This document shows positions 55,900 through 64,000 of a stretch of 64,000 nt of DNA, piece after piece. The notes beneath the pieces were generated by a model. The model saw only the letters and a list, made by a program, of their open reading frames with translations. It ran no database searches and had not been told where the DNA came from. Both the position numbers and the translations under genes were made by a program. Each line of letters begins with the position of its first letter. Position 1 is the first letter of the stretch. Source of the DNA: Octopus sinensis (taxonomy: Eukaryota); the NCBI RefSeq assembly GCF_006345805.1, contig NC_043016.1, forward strand, positions 3,472,001 through 3,536,000. The letters run 5' to 3'.

Positions 55900-57000
55900 A
55901 TGAATAAGAAGACCATTCAGAGAGGTTTGGGTGTATCTTCCTGAAAACAGCTACCGACATTTAGTTTGGATTTTAGAATTTGATATAGACCTAAAAGAAA
56001 TGTTCGGCGAATATGAAAGGTACTTCTGACAAATCACAGACTTTGCGAATACTCGTAGTGTGAACTGGTTTGTCATTTTTTCCACTTTAAAATGCGCACC
56101 AAATTTTCTGTATTGTGACTAGTTGCGCGAATACATCAAGCCTTGATTTCATGACTGTGCAATTAGTTATATATTTGGTAACAATTAGCAAAGCTAGAAT
56201 TTTCCGAATTAGCAGAAGTCAGATTTTTGGGACGCACGCAGTTGTGCTCTTTTCATTTAACAAGTTTATGTATGCCTTTTCAGTTGGAAAGAGTAGAGTC
56301 CCAGTGCTCTTTCCAAAAGTTTCGATCTCAAAATAAGGATCATTTAAGCTGATGGGATAGGAAACTATTGGTTGTCTACATAGGCAGTAGTAGAGGTGGT
56401 AGCTTTAGACGAAGGACAATTTATGTACAAGGACCGACTGGTCAGTTGTATGCATCTAGAAGTATACTTAGAAATAACGCACTCATTAATGTTAGTGACT
56501 GCAATGCTCTCTTAGATGTACTCTGGGATTCTGATGAAGTAATCATGTGGAGTTTAAAATCTCGTAAATTTGCTCCAGTTTGACAGGTATCGACATTTTC
56601 CGAATGTGCTTAAGTGGACACGGGAAACCTCCGTAGAGTCACCTATATTCGAATATAAGATTTTTTTGTACTTCAGTAGTTAGACATATGTCCGCATTTT
56701 TGGGTGACTGGCTAAACAGAGCATAACTTCCTTATCAATAGATAGAGATCCAGTTACTAGAAACTGAATCCCACGTTTCCGACAAGACAAATTGCAGAGT
56801 CTGGAAAAGCTATTTATTTGGGTGTGTCTCGCCCCCACTCTCTCCTTCTCTCAAGAGAACTATTAGAGCAAAGTCAAACAAAGGAGTAGTGATTTAAATC
56901 ACTAGACTGGATGGTGAACTATTAACTGATTTGAAAATGTTGTTAGCAAAGACATCTCAACCGACTACTTTGAGGGGAAAATGACACTTGTCTATTTTGT
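55900..57000 (-). mobile_element. piggyBac-like transposase relic
   Basis: Frame-broken minus-strand motifs in the expected order: LSIDKEVM, YHLY, CVRPKN, LKWK(N)DKPVHTTS. Confidence 0.5.
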
Positions 57001-57184
57001 GATCGTAAACTCGAAGTCTGAGTTCTCTCTGAGTTAAAGTTTTTCGTCTCAAACTGAAGATCGAGGTATCCGTTTGGTGGGTCAAAATGGAAATGTCCCT
57101 AAATATCACCAAATCACATCGTGTTTTTGTCAAACCATATAAAACATTTGTTATCTGAGTGGTTGTGACAAAGGAAGTACTCAG

Positions 57185-57375
57185 GATTTGGGATAGTCAA
57201 GGTTAATTGTCCTGGATATGACATCAAACTGCAACCTGTAGTGGGATTTTGGTTCAGCAGTTCAAGATTTTGGGAATGTGGAACAACCTCTTACCCACTA
57301 TTTCTCCCAGTCACAGGTCTTCTCTGACCCAATGTAGTGTAATATTTCTCAGGGTCCCAGCCATGGGTTACATAG
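57185..57375 (+). mobile_element. Probable decayed SINE (another family)
   Basis: CCTGGATATGACATCAAACTGCA..GGAATGTGGA..CTCTGACCC..AGGGTCCCA motif string. Confidence 0.4.
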
Positions 57376-57434
57376 CATATATCCACTCGATTAAGAATAC
57401 GTTGTAAATCATGGCACACAGTATATCTTTTATC

Positions 57435-57850
57435 TTTTACTTGTTTCAGTCAATTGACTGTGGCCATCCTGGTACACTGCTTTGAAGGGTTTTAGTGGAA
57501 CTTATCGATCCCAGAACTGTTTTTGAAGCCTGACACTTATTCTAACGGTCTCTTCTTTTCCGAACTGCTAAATTACGGGATGTAAACACATCAATACCGG
57601 TTGTCAGGTGATGGTAGGGGTGGAGGTGGGCATAGACACAAAGTCACACACACGTGTATACATACAACGGGCATCTTTCAGTTTCCGTGTACCAAATCTA
57701 CTCACGAGGCCACAAGGCTTTGGTGTAGCAAATCCACTCACGAGGCTATAGTAGAATACACTTACCTAAGATACCATGCAGTGGGACTGAACACGGTACC
57801 ATGTAGTTGGAAAGCAAGCTTATCACCACATAGATACGCTTCTGCCTATG
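57435..57850 (-). mobile_element. SINE family A, diverged
   Basis: Reverse-strand match to the head and tail. Confidence 0.75.
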
Positions 57851-58640
57851 TGCACTATTTCGGTAGATGATATTGAATCAATGTTGGATATCACTAGATA
57901 CCGAGTGGAGAAAAGCTCATAGCTGGTATCGTCTTAGTTGTGGCGTGAGCAGATGAGGTCTTTCAGCTAGAGAAAGACCAAAGTCACTAAGACCCAGGCA
58001 AGACATTCATTCATCGTTCCTCAATCGGGATATATGTCGTGGAAAGTCCATATTGGTCAGAGAAAGTCGCCAAACCTGGATGGATGGATCGATGGATGGA
58101 AGGTTATTCTCAAAGTCTTTCTTATATATAATCAATCGTATACAAATCAGGATGCGTACAGTCTGTAGTGGTAGGGAAAAGGTTAGAGAAGGAGAAGATA
58201 GAACAGAACGTAGTTGGTATAGGAAAAGTGCAATCGGTAGTCGTGATTTATAATTTTTAATCTTAAAAATATAAAATGTAAAAACTATAATTCTTGTAAT
58301 AAGCACTTTTGGTTATTTAGTTTGCACACATATACACATTCTATAGCAATCAAAAATATAGCTATTTTGCATACAATTTGCAATAACTCGTTTCTTCAGT
58401 GTTAATTTGTTCCAGATTTGTTTTGTGCAGTATATTTAAAGATATTTATAGTTCCAAATTTTACGAAAAATTAATTCTCCAAAAATCAAAGCACATCATT
58501 TATCAAATATGTGACACACACACACATAGATGGATAGATATATACATAGCTACGCATATACTTATACATACATACGTACATGTACATATATGTATATGTA
58601 TGCATACATACATACATACATACATACATACATACATACA

Positions 58641-58702
<62 letters not shown>

Positions 58703-58874
58703 AATGTTTCCATGTTCCTTTCTGTGGAAGCGCGTAGGCTCGAAACGTTAAAGACCTTTTCACTTCCCGAGCGTTATACTAATACATTTGTTTGTTGTCT
58801 ACACCACATGTCTTCGTCTTTTGGGTTTTTTTTGTGAATTCTCACTATGTATATATATATATAATATTATATAG

Positions 58875-59762
58875 GAGACATTATTACACATAAATGCTAC
58901 ACGTTAGGAGGGACTCTTAAAGTCAAAACTACTAAAATAATTAAAGATATCGTACCGAAAGCAAGTCTCGAAGCAAGTCATTTAAAAGCAGAATTCAGTT
59001 GCAGATCACCAGTGATTTCATAATTAGTGCACTTATATGCACTTTTCACTCATCAGTGCAAGCATAATTCAAGATTTATAATGAATGAACAAAAGCAACT
59101 TACCAGACGAACAACTGTCACATCCACCGTAGTATATCGAAACTGTTCACCCCTTACACTTCTATGTAAATGGCGGGCTTTTTCGAATTGCATTTCGGTA
59201 GCAACGTGCTTATTCGGAATAAAAATTCAGTATTGAATATACTCCAGTTAAATTTATAATTTAAAAATAGGATAAAATCTTTATGAGAATTTATCAAGTA
59301 GTTAGCGTGAAAAACCTCATAAGAGAAAAAAATCCATCAATTTTTTCACTTAAATATATTTATTTTTATTATATAGAGGGCATTATTACACATAAATGCC
59401 ACACGCTAGGAGGGACTCTTAAAGTCAAAACTACTAAAATAAATAAACATATCTTACAGAAAGTAAGTCTCGAAGCAAGTCATTTAAAAGCAGAATTCAG
59501 TTGCAGAGCACCAGGGATTTTGTAATTAGTGCAGTTATATGCACTTTTCACTCATCAGTGCAAGCATAATTCAAGATTTATAATGAATGCAATTCGAAAA
59601 AGCTCACCATTTACTTAGATGTTTAAGGGCTAAACAGTTTCGATATTACTACGGTGGATGCGACAGTTGTTTGTCTGGATTGTTGCTTTCGTTCATTTTT
59701 TCTCTTATGAGGTTTTTCACGCTAACTACTTGAGAAATTCTTATAAAGATTTTATCCTATTT

Positions 59763-59770
<8 letters not shown>
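58875..59770. repeat. Composite repeat: two direct ~215-bp modules, one ~105-bp module in both orientations, and ~65-bp inverted arms
   Basis: 58875-59088 matches 59378-59589; 59086-59195 is the reverse complement of 59587-59693; 59270-59335 is the reverse complement of 59695-59766. Confidence 0.85.
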
Positions 59771-59843
<73 letters not shown>

Positions 59844-59999
59844 TTCAACATAACTTCAATTGTTCATTTCGAGAATAACATTTTAAGAATTCTCAAAAGA
59901 CAGTATGAAACAAAAATTATGCACATTGACCTTTGAAAATCTAATGGGTTGGTTATGTTTGCATACTTTCTACCAAGTATCGTATCCAGGGAATTGTTA

Positions 60000-61560
60000 T
60001 AACAACTACGCTATAAGACGTCTTAGTTTTTTTTCGATAATCATTTTTAATTACAAGAAATTGTAAAAAGACATTTAACTACAAACATGCTTTGGAGGAA
60101 CGGAAGCAGAATTCTTCAAGAAATTTGACAATAGTTGTAAGACTGCTTTGTGCATATCCACTAGTGATCATTTGTTATTAATAAAACATCATGTGTGTGC
60201 GTGTATGTATGTGTGTGTTTGTGTTTGTGTGTTTGTGCGTACGTGCGCGCGCGTATGTGTGTGTATCACCTTAAAACTTGATAACGTGAGAAAATTCTCC
60301 TCAGTCATTTAAAGTGCTTTACGAATATTGTCTGTAAAATGATGTATAGCAAGAATATATTATTTATTTTACGGTTTTTGAAAACAGTAAAGCATCAAAG
60401 CCTTTAAATGTCTCGAATATTGTTTTTCTGAAAAGAATCACATATCCTCAATACTATTAACTTTTGTATTTTCTTATAAATTGGTTGCAAAGTTTGGGAA
60501 CATGTACATTGTTCTTCCTGAATATCTGTTACGCATAGTTTTTCTTTTCAATCTAAAGGATTTTCTTTTTCTTTTTTAACAAACCAATAAATGATGATTG
60601 AATATTTTGCTATAATATAAATATAACATAGTATTCCAAAAGCATCTATCAACTATTCTTTTTACATAATCTTCTTTCTCACTTCTCATATATTCCAAAT
60701 TTGTTTTGTTTTGTGTAAGTAAATCATTTTTTCAGTTGATGTATTTACTGTAAAAAGTCTTTGTGGAGGTTTTCTTCCAATAGTTCTTTCTAAAGTCACA
60801 TTATATATGAAATCACAATGCCTACTTCCATCTCGCTTTCTTAATAGCAGAGCGCTGGGAGCCTTGGTTTTTATAACAATTAGTTTTCTGTATTACATTC
60901 GAAAAAGTAAGTAAAGCTTTAGTGGTTACTATTTACCAAAACTTGGTATATTGTGTTCCGATCAACGTTGTAGAAAGTCTTAATCATGATTTGGAACCCT
61001 GAGTAACTCCCCAATAATCAAGGAGTAGCAGCATCTGTGTTAGCTTTTCAAAAGTTTTCCTTTTCTAAAGAAAAAATTGATTAAAATATTGAATTTTTCT
61101 AATACAGTTGTGATAGTCTCTAGTAATTTGAGGAAAAAAAAATCTAGTTTCATATAAACAAACATCACGTTGTGCTAGATCACATGCATTAATTCTTCTA
61201 TTACCTAAGACAAAATGGCAAAATGTCTGTGCTTAATCGCATTATTAGACATGTTTAAAAAGTCTAGCTTTTCAGAGCATAACTTAAGGCAAAAGTCCTT
61301 GGAAATGTGAGAGTTTTGGCTATATCATGCTCTCATTTGGTTTGCGCTATTTTCAGTGCCACAATATTAGAAATTTGTATGGTTGCAGCTTCTGGATTTT
61401 TTTTCTGATAAAACCTTCAAACATTAAACTGACATCCTTTTTTTTTTTCAGCCTTTCCTCTTATTAGCTCTCATTGCCGTTGCAATTTGTTTGGTTTCAC
61501 TGATTCCTTGAAAATGATTTCCGTGCATGTGACTCATTGCGACTTTTCTTTTACTAATGC
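60000..61560 (-). mobile_element. hAT (Buster/ZBED5-like) transposase relic
   Basis: Minus-strand pieces SNIVALKIAQTK*EHDIAKTLTFP, MSNNAIKHR, FFFLKLLETITT and NTDAATP*LLGSYSGF resemble Buster motifs. The lower boundary is uncertain. Confidence 0.55.
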
Positions 61561-61959
61561 AATAACTTGGGTTGTAAATACAAATTTTATATAATTATCT
61601 GCCTTTTTCTTGTCGGTGAATTTCCACAGTAAATATAGGGGTTTTAAATTACAATTTAAATTTCACTGTTACACTAATGGTAAAAGATGCAATATACAGA
61701 TTAATATAGTCATTATACAAATCTTAATCTCCAATTTAGAAAGGCTACTAATTAATTACAAACATTATAGTCATTCTCTAATCCTATCCCTTACGGCTCT
61801 TCCCCAATTCTCCCAATTCTCCACTTCTACTACTCCTAGTGCCCTATGCACTCCTTCCATCGTATTCATATGACTCTCTGACCACTTCTATTTTCCCTTG
61901 CTCCAACTTCCACATACTCCCATCCAGCCACTTACTTTCTATATATATATATATATTTA

Positions 61960-62390
61960 GGCGCAGGCTTGGCTGTATGGTAAGAAGTTTGCTTTCCACC
62001 ATATGGTATCGGTCCAGTCTCATTGCATGGCACGCACCTTGGGTATGTGTGTTCTACAATAACCACGACCGACCAAAGCCTTGTGAGTGGGTTTGGTAGA
62101 CGGGAACTGGAAGAAGTCTGTCGTCTATATACGTGTGTGTGTGTTCATGCGAGTGTGTGTGTGTGTGTGTGTATGTGCATGTATGTGTGTCTGTGTTTGT
62201 CACACACCACCGCTTGACAACCGGTGGTTAGTTTACTTCCCCGTAATCTAGAAGTTCGGCAAAAGGTGCCGATAGAATACAATAAGGCATAGCAAGCAAA
62301 AACAATAAGTACTGGGGTAGATTCATTCAACTGAAAGAGTCTTCAAGGTGGTGCCCCAGCATGACCTTAGTGTAATAACTGAAAGAAGCA
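61960..62390 (+). mobile_element. SINE family A, diverged
   Basis: GGCGCAGGCTTGGCTGTATGGTAAG head; GTGCCCCAGCATGACC tail. Confidence 0.8.
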
Positions 62391-62582
62391 ATATACCACA
62401 CACACTCACACACACACACACACACACTATATATATATACATAATATACATATACAAACACACATATATATACATATATATACATACATATATACATTAT
62501 ATATACATACATATATAGATATATACAGTATATATTTATATATATCATATATATACATATAAATATATATTATATATATACC

Positions 62583-62624
<42 letters not shown>

Positions 62625-62638
62625 TATATCTATGTATG

Positions 62639-62670
<32 letters not shown>

Positions 62671-62699
62671 TACATACATATGTATATGAAAGAAGGTGT

Positions 62700-64000
62700 T
62701 GTATACAGTGCTCAGGTGTACTGTTGACGGACGCCAGGAAGCATGGAAGTTTTTGAAGATGTAGTGTCTCGACAGCTAACAACTGATGCGAGTAGGTTAT
62801 TCCATGCTTCAACAATTCTGAGCCTGCAAAAGTGTTTCAGAAAGTCATGAGTGCTGTGTTGTTTCTTGATTTTGTGACCATGTCCACGAGTGTTTGACAT
62901 AAAGAATTCAAAAAGGTGTCCATTGTTGTTGTTAGAAAGATGGTGTATAATCTTGTGGGTGTCTACCACGATAGTTGCCAGATGTCTGAGCCTTAATGTA
63001 TCTTTGCCTTGAGAAGCAAGACGTTCAGAATATGGTACATGCCCGACGGCGGGTATTCGTTTTGTTGCACGTTTCTGAATGGTTTCCATGAGATTTATAT
63101 GATGAGCAATCAAAGAGTGGTGATGCCAATTCTATGTGTGGACATGCTATTGTCATATACAGTTTGAAATAGATAGTTGGAGAGCGGTTGCTGAGTAAGT
63201 ATGTAAAGGCTTGGGTTTTCCCTCCCAAAATGGATGGTGGCGCACTTGTCCGCAGCTAGCTTGAGTTGACAGTCAGATATCCTTTGCTGCATTGTATCCA
63301 GGTCTGATTACAGGTAAGATCTATAGCGCATAAGATCTGTTCTTTTTATTTCGAGGTAGAGCTTGATGTCATCTGGATATTTCAGCACTGTAGCATTCCT
63401 CAAGTTGGCATCTATGTCATTAGTATATGCAACAAACAGTAGGGGTCTAAGAACGGATTCCTTTGGTACACCAGAAGTCATCTTGTAGAGTGAAGAATGA
63501 TGTGCTAGAACCACTACTACCTCTTTCCGACCGAGAATGAAGGACTTCAGCCAGTTATAGAGATCATCTTTCACACTTTCTTTGTCATGAGTCCTTTGTG
63601 TGACACAGAAATGAAGGCTTTAGCAAAGACAAGGTGAATAACATCCAGTCATGAGCCGCCATCAATATCTACGGTGATGTCCTCAAGAAACTCGAAGAGT
63701 CGGCTACAACAGCTGGAGTTAGCGATAAATCCAAATTGTGAGGGTCGGACAAGGCTGTGAGAGCTCCAAAAGTTCCAGAGTGTTTCTATGACACAGAACT
63801 CCATTAGTTTGGTGATTGATTCAGCTAGTATGGCTGACTGGACGGTGGTTGACAGGTGATGTGCGATCAATTGTTTTGAACAGGAGAACGACACTGGCAA
63901 TTTTCCAATGCTCTGGAGTGACACAGTTGTTAGGGCAGAATTGAAATAAGAATGAAAGCTGGTGCAAAAGAAAGAACCAGCCATGTTTGAAAAGTAAATA
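62700..64000 (-). mobile_element. CR1-clade LINE, RT and 3' region, defective, runs off the window edge
   Basis: SQFGF, WLKSFILGR, SGVPKESVLRPLLF, YPDDIKLY, IQKRATKRIP, YSERL and NTRGHGHKI in ORFs 63649..63984, 63308..63574, 63110..63292 and 62712..63113. Confidence 0.9.

Overview
Repeat-saturated eukaryotic DNA, most likely cephalopod (Octopus-like). That is inferred from the tRNA-type SINE families and the very high density of (TA)n, (TATG)n and (TATC)n microsatellites. No host protein-coding gene is convincingly supported, and most listed ORFs are microsatellite artefacts or transposon fragments. The dominant structure is an L1/Tx1-type LINE family: ORF1 with a CCHC knuckle, and ORF2 with APE endonuclease, RT and a C-terminal CCHC. 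It occurs as six + strand copies (A-F, two near full length) in three clusters. Each cluster is bounded on both sides by same-strand (TATC)n arrays, no copy has a poly(A) tail, and every long (TATC)n array in the window abuts a copy. This points to a (TATC/GATA)n-targeting site-specific retrotransposon. The window also holds a U6 snRNA copy fused to a SINE, Penelope-like RT and GIY-YIG fragments, RLE-type, RTE and CR1 LINE fragments, mariner, Tc1-like, piggyBac and hAT relics, several long fold-back elements, and a 100-N gap. All alignments were done by eye, so coordinates are approximate to within tens of bases unless a junction is quoted. Some frameshifts may be assembly errors.
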